This document shows, piece after piece, positions 10,292 through 19,602 of a stretch of 54,141 bases of DNA. Source of the DNA: a virus. Taxonomy: Duplodnaviria > Caudoviricetes. The notes beneath the pieces are model-generated. The model was not told the origin of the DNA. It did not search any database and was given only the letters and a program-made list of their open reading frames with translations. The stretch covers positions 1 to 54,141 of IMG/VR virus record IMGVR_UViG_3300027833_000066; one strand, 5' to 3'. The position numbers were made by a program, and so were the translations under genes. Each line of letters starts with the position of its first letter. Position 1 is the stretch's first letter.

Positions 10292-11788
10292 ATGGCAGAA
10301 TTTTTTGGCTTTGAGATAAACAGAAAGAAAGGTGGCGCTCCCATAGAGCTTCCTTCGTTTGTCCCTGATACCGATCAAGACGGCGTTGGTGTAATTACTA
10401 GCGGTGGCGGTTACACTGGGCAGTACGTTGATATTGATGGTGATAAAGCCAAGAATGAGATAGAGCTTATTTACAAGTATCGTGATATTGCGGCACATCC
10501 AGAATGCGATGCAGCCATTGAAGATATTGTCAATGAAGGAATCATTGGTAGTAACTCTTCAGCTCCAGTAGAAGTAGTCCTAGATGAAATGGATGCTTCT
10601 GATAAAATTAAAAGTGCTATCAAAGAAGAATTTGATACCGTTGTTAGTCTATTAGGCTTCAATAGTTACGGGCATGATATATTTAGAAAATGGTATGTTG
10701 ATGGTAGATTGCCATATCACATAATCGTAGATCCAAAGAACCCTAAAGCGGGTATACAAGAATTAAGATATATTGATCCAACTAAACTTCGTAAGATTAG
10801 AGAAGTTACTGAAGATAAAGATCCACTAACTGGAGCCAATATAATTACTGGTCAAAAAGAATACTTTTTGTTCCAAGATGGTAAAATGCTTGACGCAAGT
10901 CAAGGCCTTAAGATCCACCCTGACTCCATAGCTTATGCTACATCAGGTATGTTGGATGCTAATAGAAAACGAATTTTATCGTATCTACATAAGGCAATTA
11001 AACCTACAAATCAATTAAGAATGATGGAAGACTCATTGGTAATCTATAGGATATCAAGAGCTCCTGAAAGACGTATCTTTTATATAGACGTTGGTAATTT
11101 ACCTAAGGGTAAAGCTGAAGAGTATTTGAAAAACATTATGGGTCAGTATAGAAATAAACTGGTCTACGATGCTCAAACCGGAGATATTAAAGATGACCGT
11201 AAACATATGTCGATGCTTGAAGACTTCTTCTTACCGCGTAGAGAAGGTGGCAGGGGCACAGAAATTTCGACCCTCCCAGGAGGAGAAAATCTTGGGCAAA
11301 TCGATGATATCATCTACTTCCAAAAGAAACTTTACAGATCGCTCAACGTTCCAGTTAACCGTTTAGAGCAAGAATCAACGTTTACTTTAGGTAGATCTAC
11401 AGAGATTACAAGAGACGAAGTTAAGTTTAAGAAGTTTATTGATAGATTAAGAAACAGATTTTCTGATCTGTTTATACAATTGCTAAAAACTCAGTTATTA
11501 CTTAAAGGTATTATAACTGATTCAGATTGGCATAAAATGAAAGAAGACATTACCTTTGATTTTATTGAAGACAACCACTTTGCTGAGCTGAAAGAAACTG
11601 AAATGACTCAGCAACGGTTTGAAATGCTTAGTCAAATGGATGAATATGTTGGTAAATACGTTTCCCATCAATGGATTCGTACAAACATTTTGAAGCAATC
11701 TGAAGATGAGCAAAAAGAGATCCAAAAACAAATTGAAGCAGAGAAAAAATCTGGTGAAATTGAAGATGATGGCGATCTTGACATCTAA
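10292..11788 (+). CDS. gp20: Portal protein gp20
   Basis: YRISRAPERRIFYIDVGNLPK, EDFFLPRREGGRGTEISTLPGG. Confidence 0.97.
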   Translation: MAEFFGFEINRKKGGAPIELPSFVPDTDQDGVGVITSGGGYTGQYVDIDGDKAKNEIELIYKYRDIAAHPECDAAIEDIVNEGIIGSNSSAPVEVVLDEMDASDKIKSAIKEEFDTVVSLLGFNSYGHDIFRKWYVDGRLPYHIIVDPKNPKAGIQELRYIDPTKLRKIREVTEDKDPLTGANIITGQKEYFLFQDGKMLDASQGLKIHPDSIAYATSGMLDANRKRILSYLHKAIKPTNQLRMMEDSLVIYRISRAPERRIFYIDVGNLPKGKAEEYLKNIMGQYRNKLVYDAQTGDIKDDRKHMSMLEDFFLPRREGGRGTEISTLPGGENLGQIDDIIYFQKKLYRSLNVPVNRLEQESTFTLGRSTEITRDEVKFKKFIDRLRNRFSDLFIQLLKTQLLLKGIITDSDWHKMKEDITFDFIEDNHFAELKETEMTQQRFEMLSQMDEYVGKYVSHQWIRTNILKQSEDEQKEIQKQIEAEKKSGEIEDDGDLDI

Positions 11789-11793
11789 ATTAT

Positions 11794-11801
11794 TATAAAT
11801 A
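11794..11801 (+). promoter_or_regulatory. T4-type late promoter TATAAATA
   Basis: Exact consensus after gp20. Confidence 0.8.
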
Positions 11802-11822
11802 ATATACAAGGGAACAAATAAA

Positions 11823-11990
11823 ATGAGCATTGAAAGTTTAATTGATAACGTTAAAGACGGCAACAACGTAGAAGCTGGTAAGGTATTTAATAGCCTTATG
11901 GCTGATAAGTTGTCGGCAGCTTTAGAAGCTGAAAAAATTAATGTAGCCTCTAGTTTAATTACTAGAAAATCTTCTCAAGAAGAAGAGTAA
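11823..11990 (+). CDS. Small prohead core protein (gp67-like); not in the ORF track
   Basis: 55 aa, MSIESLIDNVKDGNNVEAGKVFNSLMADKLSAALEAEKINVASSL..., between gp20 and gp21. Confidence 0.75.
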   Translation: MSIESLIDNVKDGNNVEAGKVFNSLMADKLSAALEAEKINVASSLITRKSSQEEE

Positions 11991-12003
11991 TAGGAGAAGC
12001 GAT

Positions 12004-12657
12004 ATGAAGATGATCGCAGAATACCATGACAGCGATCTTACCATCATAACCGAAAAGGTTGGTGGAAAGAAGAGCATGGTTATCGAAGGCGTGTTTATGC
12101 AAGCCGACGCAAAAAACAGAAATGGTAGAATATATGAGAAAAGTATATTAGAAGCTGCCGTTAATAAATATGTAACAGAACAAGTAAGTACTGGTCGAGC
12201 TGTTGGGGAACTAAACCACCCTGAAGGTCCGACCATTAACTTAGATAAAGTTTCACATAAGATTACTGAACTTCGTTTTGAAGGAAGTAATGTTATAGGA
12301 AAAGCATCAATCCTTAACACCCCAATGGGCAATATCGTAACCGGTTTGTTAGAAGGTGGAGTTAAACTTGGTGTATCAAGTCGTGGTATGGGTAGTCTTG
12401 TGCAAAAGAATGGTACTATGTATGTGAAGGATGACTTTATGTTATCCACTATCGATATAGTCCAAGACCCTTCCGCTCCAGAGGCTTTTGTCAATGGGGT
12501 TATGGAAGGCGTAGATTGGGTATGGAATAATGGTATCCTATGCGCACAAGAAATTGAGAAAATTGAGACTGAAATAAAGGAAGCTCGAGGTATGCGCTCT
12601 GCGGATATTGAGATTAAAGCTTTTAAGAATTTCCTCTCGAAACTTGTAAATTCTTAA
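12004..12657 (+). CDS. gp21: Prohead protease gp21
   Basis: KNRNGRIY, GELNHP, LGVSSRGMGSL, DIVQDPSAPEAFV. Confidence 0.96.
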   Translation: MKMIAEYHDSDLTIITEKVGGKKSMVIEGVFMQADAKNRNGRIYEKSILEAAVNKYVTEQVSTGRAVGELNHPEGPTINLDKVSHKITELRFEGSNVIGKASILNTPMGNIVTGLLEGGVKLGVSSRGMGSLVQKNGTMYVKDDFMLSTIDIVQDPSAPEAFVNGVMEGVDWVWNNGILCAQEIEKIETEIKEARGMRSADIEIKAFKNFLSKLVNS

Positions 12658-12672
12658 TAGGAGAATAAAATT

Positions 12673-13755
12673 ATGTCAGAGACATTAGAAAACGAAATAG
12701 TCGAAGACGTATCAGAAACTGAAGAGCTTGAAACTGAGCTCGTTGAAGACCAACAAGTTGAAAGCGAGGAAGATCTCGAAGAAGCTAAGGTTGCTAAAGA
12801 AGATGGTGATGAAGACGATGAAGACGAGTCCGATGATGAAGAGGACGAAGATGAAGTCGTAGAAATGCCAAAAACTAAAGCTGCCATTATGGCATCAGTA
12901 AACGATATGTTGAAAGGCGCAAAAAAGGACAGTGCACAGAAGATCTATGCAGCAGTATACAAAACTATCACAGCTCCAGATGTTGAAGCTCCAAAAGTTT
13001 ATAAGGAAGACGCCGAAGTTGACGTTAGCCATATTGACTATAAGGAAGACTTAGACGGATTGGTTGCTGAAGAAGCTACTTTATCAGATGGTTTCCAAGC
13101 GAAAGCCGGAATCATTTTTGAAGCTGCTTTGAAGTCGAAAGTTAGTGTTGAAATTGCTAGATTGGAATCAGAGTACGTTCAAAACCTCGAAGAAGAAGTT
13201 ACTGAAATCAAGTCAGAGCTAGTAGAGAAGGTAGATTCTTACCTTAACTATGTAGTTTCTAACTGGATGGAAGAGAATGAAGTAACTGTAACCGAAGGTC
13301 TTAGGACTGAGATTGCAGAAGACTTTATGGTTTCTTTACAATCAGTGTTTAAAGAGCACTATATTGAAGTTCCTGAAGGTAAAGTTGACTTGGTAGACGA
13401 ATTGTCTACATCAGTTGCTGAGCTAGAAGAAGCTTTGAACAAATCAACCGAAGATAATATTCAAATGACCGAAGCTGTGCAGAAATTGCAAAGAACTGAG
13501 ATTGTTAGAGAAGCATCTTCTGGGTTGGCATTGACTGAAGCTGAAAAGCTAAGTTCTTTAGTTGAAGATATTGATTTTGATACTGCCGAAACTTTCGAAA
13601 TGAAAGTTAAAGTTGTTAAAGAGTCATACTTCAAAGGTGAAGTTACTGAATCAGTGGATGACGCTCAAATGTTAGTTGGTACCGACGAAGCACCTGCCGA
13701 AATTGGCGATGTTATGGCTAGATATACTCAAGCTATCTCAAAATTTAATCAATAG
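12673..13755 (+). CDS. gp22: Prohead core scaffold gp22
   Basis: Acidic coiled coil, IFEAAL, VDSYLNYVVSNWMEEN, FKEHYIEVPE. Confidence 0.93.
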   Translation: MSETLENEIVEDVSETEELETELVEDQQVESEEDLEEAKVAKEDGDEDDEDESDDEEDEDEVVEMPKTKAAIMASVNDMLKGAKKDSAQKIYAAVYKTITAPDVEAPKVYKEDAEVDVSHIDYKEDLDGLVAEEATLSDGFQAKAGIIFEAALKSKVSVEIARLESEYVQNLEEEVTEIKSELVEKVDSYLNYVVSNWMEENEVTVTEGLRTEIAEDFMVSLQSVFKEHYIEVPEGKVDLVDELSTSVAELEEALNKSTEDNIQMTEAVQKLQRTEIVREASSGLALTEAEKLSSLVEDIDFDTAETFEMKVKVVKESYFKGEVTESVDDAQMLVGTDEAPAEIGDVMARYTQAISKFNQ

Positions 13756-13774
13756 TCTATAGGGGAAATAAAAA

Positions 13775-15133
13775 ATGTTTAACGCAGACTCAAACTTAAT
13801 GGAAAAATGGTCACCGGTTCTAGGCCATACAGATCTTCCAAAAATTAATGACCAACATAAAGCAGCTGTTACAGCTCGTTTGTTGGAGAACCAAGAAATG
13901 GCAGCTCGTGAAGATGCAGTTTCAGTTGAGGGAAATTTCCTTGGCGAAGCAGCAGCTAACGTAGTTGGTGCTGGTATGGGCGCTACTGCTGGTGCGGTCA
14001 AGGGATTCGATCCCGTATTGATCTCTCTAGTAAGACGTGCAATGCCTAACCTCATCGCTTATGATATCGCTGGCGTTCAGCCAATGACTGGACCTACTGG
14101 TCTTATCTTTGCAATGAAGTCTAAGTATACTCAACAATCTGGCGATGAAGCTCTTCACAACGAAGCTGTTACTGGCTTTTCTGGTACTGGTGCTCAAGAA
14201 GTTGGACCTTCTGGTCTAGAAGCTTCTACTGATGCTGATTCCGATGGCTCTATCCTTGATACTGCTGTTGCAGATATCACTTCAACTTACGGTACTGGTC
14301 TTTCAACTGCAGCTGCTGAAGCACTTGGCGACGGTGGTGGTACTAACTTCGGTGAAATGGCATTCACAATTGACAAAGCTACTGTTACTGCTAAGTCAAG
14401 AGCCCTTAAAGCTGAATACACTATGGAACTTGCTCAAGATCTTAAAGCAGTCCACGGTCTAGATGCTGAAGCTGAACTTGCTAACATTCTTTCTTCTGAA
14501 ATCCTCGCGGAAATCAACAGAGAGATCGTTCGTACTGTAAACTCTTCTGCTATTCTAGGTGCTAGACAAGCTAACGTAGCCGTCAAAGGTATCTTCAATG
14601 TAGATTCCGATTCAGATGGTCGTTGGTTGGCAGAGAAGGCTAAAGGTCTTATCATGCAAATCGAAAGAGAAGCTAACCAAATTGCTAAAGAAACTAGACG
14701 TGGTAAAGGTAACTATGTTATCTGTTCTTCAGACGTTGCTTCAGTACTTGCTGCTTCTGGCATGTTGGATTATAGTCCTGCGCTTTCAACTTCTTTGAAT
14801 GTTGATGATACTGGTAATACTTTTGCTGGTGTTCTTAACGGTAAGTTCAAGGTATATGTTGATCCATACGCCGCTGGTACTAATGCTGACTATGTAACTG
14901 TTGGTTATAAGGGTACTAACCCATATGACGCTGGTGTATTCTATTGCCCATATGTTCCTTTAACTATGGTTAAAGCAATTGGTGAGCAAGACTTCCAGCC
15001 TAAGATTGGTTTCAAGACTCGTTACGGTATGGTTGCAAATCCATTCGTAGCTACTGACGGAACTGTTGGTACAGCTAGAACTAACCCATACTTTAGAATC
15101 TTTAGAGTTGACGGTATCATGGTCTCAGCTTAA
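13775..15133 (+). CDS. gp23: Major capsid protein gp23
   Basis: LVRRAMPNLIAYDIAGVQPMTGPTGLIFAM, KSRALKAEYTMELAQDLKAVHGLDAE, GFKTRYG. Confidence 0.98.
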   Translation: MFNADSNLMEKWSPVLGHTDLPKINDQHKAAVTARLLENQEMAAREDAVSVEGNFLGEAAANVVGAGMGATAGAVKGFDPVLISLVRRAMPNLIAYDIAGVQPMTGPTGLIFAMKSKYTQQSGDEALHNEAVTGFSGTGAQEVGPSGLEASTDADSDGSILDTAVADITSTYGTGLSTAAAEALGDGGGTNFGEMAFTIDKATVTAKSRALKAEYTMELAQDLKAVHGLDAEAELANILSSEILAEINREIVRTVNSSAILGARQANVAVKGIFNVDSDSDGRWLAEKAKGLIMQIEREANQIAKETRRGKGNYVICSSDVASVLAASGMLDYSPALSTSLNVDDTGNTFAGVLNGKFKVYVDPYAAGTNADYVTVGYKGTNPYDAGVFYCPYVPLTMVKAIGEQDFQPKIGFKTRYGMVANPFVATDGTVGTARTNPYFRIFRVDGIMVSA

Positions 15134-15155
15134 TCTTAAGCTAAGCAACATGTTT

Positions 15156-15182
15156 AAAAGGGTCCTTCGGGGCCCTTTTTTT
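15156..15182 (+). terminator. Rho-independent terminator after gp23
   Basis: AAAAGGGTCC-TTCG-GGGCCCTTTTTTT: UUCG tetraloop hairpin with a U tract. Confidence 0.9.
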
Positions 15183-15187
15183 ATGCC

Positions 15188-15195
15188 TATAAATA
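15188..15195 (+). promoter_or_regulatory. T4-type late promoter TATAAATA
   Basis: Exact consensus directly after the gp23 terminator. Confidence 0.8.
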
Positions 15196-15288
15196 AGTAC
15201 AAGGAAGATGTTCTGTGTATTAAGTTGTACACACCGCAGTAGTGGGAAGGATACCTCAATCGGAAATACTGAAAATGAGGGAGTTACT

Positions 15289-15489
15289 ATGCACAAGTTA
15301 TTTGCATTAATGACCGTCGTTTTATTGGCTGGTTGTAATACTGTAGATTCTGTTATTGATGGAACTAAAAGTATTGTCGGAGGAGTTGCTTCAGATGTTG
15401 TTGGAGTTACTGCAGGTACTTTGGATGTTGTATCTGGTACTATCAAAGGTGTTGCTGATAAGACTGGTGTTGAAACCGAAAAAGAATAG
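15289..15489 (+). CDS. Small lipoprotein (66 aa; start revised from 15208)
   Basis: MHKLFALMTVVLLAGC signal peptide with an LAGC lipobox; GAGGGAG RBS before ATG 15289. Confidence 0.8.
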   Translation: MHKLFALMTVVLLAGCNTVDSVIDGTKSIVGGVASDVVGVTAGTLDVVSGTIKGVADKTGVETEKE

Positions 15490-15546
15490 ATTTAAAGGAG
15501 TTAGCCGGCCATGGATGGCATTTTTATAATTCATACATTTAAGGCG

Positions 15547-15554
15547 TATAAATA
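15547..15554 (+). promoter_or_regulatory. T4-type late promoter TATAAATA
   Basis: Exact consensus 5 nt before the gp3 ATG, implying a nearly leaderless mRNA. Confidence 0.7.
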
Positions 15555-15559
15555 GATAT

Positions 15560-16018
15560 ATGACTACTTCAAATAAAAACTTTTTAAGCCCTACCGGGTT
15601 TCAATTCAAAATTGATTCAACGCAATATGCTAATGTTGAATACTTTTGTACCTCAGCCACTCTACCAGATTTAACTCTATCTGAAGCTGCCGTTCCATAT
15701 AAAGGTTCTAACCTTGCTATGACCGGTGACAGAATTGCGTTTGGGGATTTAGCTATTAGATTTAACATTACAGAAGATATGGAAAACTATATTGAAATGT
15801 TTAATTGGATGCATAATATAATCAATAAGGGCGAAAAGTTTAAATCAGACGCTACTTTAGCAATATTGAGTAGCCATAATAATGTTACAAAAGAGATTAC
15901 ATTTAAGGATTGCTTTCCAACTACTTTATCTGCCGTTGAATTTTCAACTCAACAAACTGATATTGAGTACTTACAAGCTGATGTAACTTTACACTATTCT
16001 TATTATGAAATAAAGTAG
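15560..16018 (+). CDS. gp3: Tail completion / tube terminator gp3
   Basis: NFLSPTGFQF, EDMENYIEMFNWM, FKDCFPTTLS; sits between gp23 and uvsY. Confidence 0.85.
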   Translation: MTTSNKNFLSPTGFQFKIDSTQYANVEYFCTSATLPDLTLSEAAVPYKGSNLAMTGDRIAFGDLAIRFNITEDMENYIEMFNWMHNIINKGEKFKSDATLAILSSHNNVTKEITFKDCFPTTLSAVEFSTQQTDIEYLQADVTLHYSYYEIK

Positions 16019-16032
16019 GTATTTTTATACCT

Positions 16033-16040
16033 TATAAATA
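16033..16040 (+). promoter_or_regulatory. T4-type late promoter TATAAATA
   Basis: Exact consensus before uvsY. Confidence 0.75.
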
Positions 16041-16061
16041 ATTCTATACTATGGAGATATA

Positions 16062-16508
16062 ATGAATAACCTTGAAACGATACTTGAAATGTGGAAGAAA
16101 GATTCCATAATTGATGAATTACAATTAGACCAATCTGCTAGAGATTCTGCTAAACTTCATTCAAAATACCTAGAACTATATTCTATTAATAGACTAAGAT
16201 TTAAGAAATTAGATCTTGAGTTTAAGGTATTGCTACGTGATAAATTTATGCACTACAATGGTAAATTAAGTAAAGTAGAAATTGATGCTAAAGGATGGGA
16301 ATACGATCCTTTGAATGGTTTAACAGTACTTAAAGGAGATATGGATAAGTGGTATGATGCAGATCCATTAATCCAAGAACATCAAGCCAAAATGCATTAC
16401 ACACAAGAGCTCGTCGATACGTTAAAAGAAATACTTGAAAACGTAAAGTGGAGACATCAAAATATTAAAAATATTATTGAGTGGAATAAATTCACTAGCG
16501 GGATGTAA
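16062..16508 (+). CDS. uvsY: Recombination mediator UvsY
   Basis: WKKDSIID, LHSKYL, IKNIIEWNKFTSG. Confidence 0.92.
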   Translation: MNNLETILEMWKKDSIIDELQLDQSARDSAKLHSKYLELYSINRLRFKKLDLEFKVLLRDKFMHYNGKLSKVEIDAKGWEYDPLNGLTVLKGDMDKWYDADPLIQEHQAKMHYTQELVDTLKEILENVKWRHQNIKNIIEWNKFTSGM

Positions 16509-16511
16509 TCA

Positions 16512-16886
16512 ATGATTAGCTATAACACAAATTGGATGGGACCAATATCTACTAAGTGGTACGAGGATCGAGATATTCCATTTGTTACTATGAAAAAGAC
16601 TTCAAAAACTCTAGGTCGCGAGTACGAGTATAAAGAATATCTAGAGAAATATTCGTGTGGCCGTATTGACATATATGGATTAGACGAACAAGAATACTGG
16701 TGTGGTAAATCTGAGTACAGCGTTGCGCCAATGAGAGCTGAAGATTGGAATAAACTTCAAGATTGGCTAGATGAATTGCAAACAGAAACACTGCTTACAT
16801 ACAAAGAACTGATACGCCAATTTGAAGAACACTACGGCCAACCAATAAGGTGGTCAACTGGATTACTGAAAGGAAGAGACGAATGA
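16512..16886 (+). CDS. Hypothetical protein
   Basis: 124 aa ORF in the operon. Confidence 0.7.
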   Translation: MISYNTNWMGPISTKWYEDRDIPFVTMKKTSKTLGREYEYKEYLEKYSCGRIDIYGLDEQEYWCGKSEYSVAPMRAEDWNKLQDWLDELQTETLLTYKELIRQFEEHYGQPIRWSTGLLKGRDE

Positions 16887-17224
16887 GTGAATATACGCCA
16901 GACAACTGGGTAGTACTAAAGATCAAAGAAGGCAAAGGCACATTCCCTTTCTACAAAGTTCTCGCAGGATGGAGCGGTGGTTATCTACATGGTGATGCTT
17001 GGCGAATGAACAGTGGTATTACTCTTACGTTTGATCACGAGGATGAAGTTCATTTCTATGGTGAAAGTGGGTCAGTCTACAGATGTCCTAAAGGAGCTTA
17101 CGGACTTAGAATGAGTACTGCTGGTATCTATAATCAGTTGATAGAAAAGCAGGAGTTTGGAGGTCAAATTCAAATGATGCCCGAAGATACAGATTGGAGT
17201 AAATTAGTTAATGCCGACATATAA
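16883..17224 (+). CDS. Conserved phage hypothetical protein (start revised from 16850)
   Basis: MSEYTPDNWVVLKI..YKVLAGWSGGYL..WRMNSGI; ATGA overlap with the previous stop. Confidence 0.75.
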   Translation: MSEYTPDNWVVLKIKEGKGTFPFYKVLAGWSGGYLHGDAWRMNSGITLTFDHEDEVHFYGESGSVYRCPKGAYGLRMSTAGIYNQLIEKQEFGGQIQMMPEDTDWSKLVNADI

Positions 17225-17393
17225 CTACGTATGCAAGAAATGCGATCACGCATTCGAGAAAATGCAAAGAATTGTAGATGATCCATTATCAATTTGCCCT
17301 GAATGTAAAGAAGAAGAGTTAAAAAAAGTTATAGTTGCTAGTGGCGGTTTTCAATTAAAAGGTAAAGGCTGGTTTAAGAGTGGTGGATACTAA
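17211..17393 (+). CDS. FmdB-family zinc ribbon protein
   Basis: MPTYNYVCKKC...CPEC...FQLKGKGWF. Confidence 0.88.
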   Translation: MPTYNYVCKKCDHAFEKMQRIVDDPLSICPECKEEELKKVIVASGGFQLKGKGWFKSGGY

Positions 17394-17570
17394 ATGACCC
17401 TTATAGATAAAATAGAAAAGAAGAATGGTAAGTGGCATTCTTTGTCTCAGCTGAGAGATTTTATCTCAGAAAACTCTAAAGAAAAAATTGTAGACTTTAC
17501 AGGTTATGAATTAAAGACCAATAAGTTTACATATGCATTATACGACGGAATTGTGACTTGGAAAAAATAA
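17394..17570 (+). CDS. Hypothetical protein (58 aa; not in the ORF track)
   Basis: MTLIDKIEKKNGKWHSL...IVTWKK fills the gap between FmdB and uvsW. Confidence 0.6.
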   Translation: MTLIDKIEKKNGKWHSLSQLRDFISENSKEKIVDFTGYELKTNKFTYALYDGIVTWKK

Positions 17571-19066
17571 TAGTTAAAAAGAAGAATGAAGTCTTTCTCC
17601 AGTTAGTGACTGAACCGGGGATAGAGATGGAAATCTCAGAGCACTTTTGCTTCTTTGTTGAAGGGTATAAATTCATGCCAGCATACAAAAATCGTATGTG
17701 GGACGGCAAAATACGCCTATATGATGTACGAAAAAAGGTAATATACGGCGGTTTACTTAAGTATTTAAAGGAATTTGCTGATGTTAGGGACTATGAACTC
17801 GTTATAGAGGACAATTCGGTGTATGGTAGGCCTAATGCAACCGAACTACCCGACATAGATACCTTCCTTAAGGGTCTGTCACTCTCTGCTAACGGAGAAA
17901 GGATAACACCAAGGGACTACCAACTTGATGCACTCTCGTGCACCTTATCAGATAGAAAGGCATTACTATTAAGCCCGACAGCCTCTGGAAAGAGTTTAAT
18001 CATATATCTAGCAATTCGGTACTTTTTAGAATACCATGATCAAAGCATATTATTGATTGTACCTACAACATCTTTGGTTGAGCAAATGTATTCGGATTTT
18101 GCAGATTATAGTACTACTGATGATTGGTCTGTAGAAGAAAACTGCCATAAGATCTATGGCGGCAAAGAAAAGTACAACATTAAACAAAGAGTTATTATTA
18201 GTACTTGGCAATCGATATATAAGATGCAGTCACCATGGTTCCGAGATTTCGGTATGGTTATTGGCGATGAGGCTCATAACTTTAAAGCTAAATCATTGAC
18301 GTCTATATTGGAAAAATGTGTAGAGGCTGGTTATAGAGTTGGTACTACAGGAACTTTAGATGGATCGCAAACTCATCAATTAGTTTTAGAAGGTTTGTTT
18401 GGTCCAGTGTTTAAGGTTACCACAACTGCTAAATTGATTGAACAAAAATCATTGGCTAGTTTAGATATCTTTGTATTACTATTAAAGTACAGCGATGAGT
18501 ATTGTAAGTTAGTCTCTAAAATGAAATACCAAGATGAGATTGATTTTATCGTAAAGTACGAACCAAGAAATAACTTCATAGCTAATTTGGCTATGGATCT
18601 AGAAGGTAATACATTAATACTGTTTCAATTTGTAGAAAAACATGGTAAGCCATTACACACAATGCTTCAGGAAAAGTTTGATGAATTGCCAAGAAATAAT
18701 AGGAGGTTGTTCTATGTCTCAGGTGAAACCGATGTGGATACGAGAGAACAAATCAGGGAGCTTACTGAGAAACAAGATGACGCAATTATTGTTGCTTCCA
18801 TGGGTACTTTTAGTACTGGTATTAATATTAAGCGTCTACATAACATCATCTTTGCTTCTCCGTCTAAGTCACAGATTCGGGTTTTGCAATCGATAGGTCG
18901 TGGATTACGTAAGTCTGCAGACGGTATAGATACTAAGGTATACGATATTGCGGATGATCTACATTGGAAATCTAAAAAGAATTATACACTTGAACACGCT
19001 GCTGAAAGAATTCGAATTTACAGTCGTGAAAAATTTGATTATAAACTACACAATATCGAGATATAA
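17558..19066 (+). CDS. uvsW: SF2 DNA helicase UvsW
   Basis: PRDYQ, SPTASGKS, GDEAH, TTGT, QSIGRGLR; TTG start. Confidence 0.96.
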   Translation: MEKIIVKKKNEVFLQLVTEPGIEMEISEHFCFFVEGYKFMPAYKNRMWDGKIRLYDVRKKVIYGGLLKYLKEFADVRDYELVIEDNSVYGRPNATELPDIDTFLKGLSLSANGERITPRDYQLDALSCTLSDRKALLLSPTASGKSLIIYLAIRYFLEYHDQSILLIVPTTSLVEQMYSDFADYSTTDDWSVEENCHKIYGGKEKYNIKQRVIISTWQSIYKMQSPWFRDFGMVIGDEAHNFKAKSLTSILEKCVEAGYRVGTTGTLDGSQTHQLVLEGLFGPVFKVTTTAKLIEQKSLASLDIFVLLLKYSDEYCKLVSKMKYQDEIDFIVKYEPRNNFIANLAMDLEGNTLILFQFVEKHGKPLHTMLQEKFDELPRNNRRLFYVSGETDVDTREQIRELTEKQDDAIIVASMGTFSTGINIKRLHNIIFASPSKSQIRVLQSIGRGLRKSADGIDTKVYDIADDLHWKSKKNYTLEHAAERIRIYSREKFDYKLHNIEI

Positions 19067-19440
19067 TGACTATAGAAAAATTAGACATCAGACATTTTAA
19101 ACTAACTAATGGTGAAGAAATCATCGGTTTGGTTAACAATGCTACCGAGAATGCGTACATCATTGAACGACCTGCGGTCGTGCATATATCCAATCTAGGG
19201 GTATATATGTTTTCATCTTGGTTCCCATTCTCTGAACAGAATCTATTTAAAATACTTAAGAGTTCTATCGTTATGCAAAGCGGTATCATTGAGGAGTCGA
19301 AACATTCGTACATTCGATTCTGTACTAGAGAAGATGAAGCTGGTCTTGATAACATTGAAGATGATTATCTTGATGATACCGATGAAGAAGAATGGTATGC
19401 ATCCGGTACGGATCATGTAGGTAAAGAAACGGTTCATTAA
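19066..19440 (+). CDS. Hypothetical protein, Sm/SH3-like fold with acidic tail
   Basis: FKLTNGEEIIG; usual position between uvsW and gp55. Confidence 0.7.
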   Translation: MTIEKLDIRHFKLTNGEEIIGLVNNATENAYIIERPAVVHISNLGVYMFSSWFPFSEQNLFKILKSSIVMQSGIIEESKHSYIRFCTREDEAGLDNIEDDYLDDTDEEEWYASGTDHVGKETVH

Positions 19441-19476
19441 TTATAGTATACCCCTAACCTCCCCGGTAACATCTAT

Positions 19477-19505
19477 ATTATATCACACTTTTAAGCATTT
19501 GTACA
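19477..19505 (-). promoter_or_regulatory. Minus-strand sigma70-type promoter, antisense to the uvsW operon
   Basis: Reverse complement reads TGTACA-17 nt-TATAAT with extended TG (TGATATAAT), the same form as the plus-strand early promoters. Confidence 0.75.
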
Positions 19506-19550
19506 TCCTTTTATTCAAAATAAGTAAAATAAATTAAATTAAAATAATGA

Positions 19551-19579
19551 TGTACATTGACCTTATTTTGTGTTATAAT
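19551..19579 (+). promoter_or_regulatory. Early/middle sigma70-type promoter for gp55
   Basis: TGTACA-17 nt-TATAAT with TG extension and an A-rich UP element. Confidence 0.85.
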
Positions 19580-19602
19580 AGACTATATTAAAGGAGATAC
19601 AA

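Noticed and set aside
11955-12494. 179-aa minus-strand ORF and the other minus-strand ORFs in the track
   Set aside because: They are shadow frames of well-conserved plus-strand genes, with no recognisable motifs or expression signals.
12800-12860. GAA/GAC/GAT-rich repeats (also 24190-24360 and 28321-28351)
   Set aside because: Low-complexity coding for acidic linkers, not independent repeat elements.
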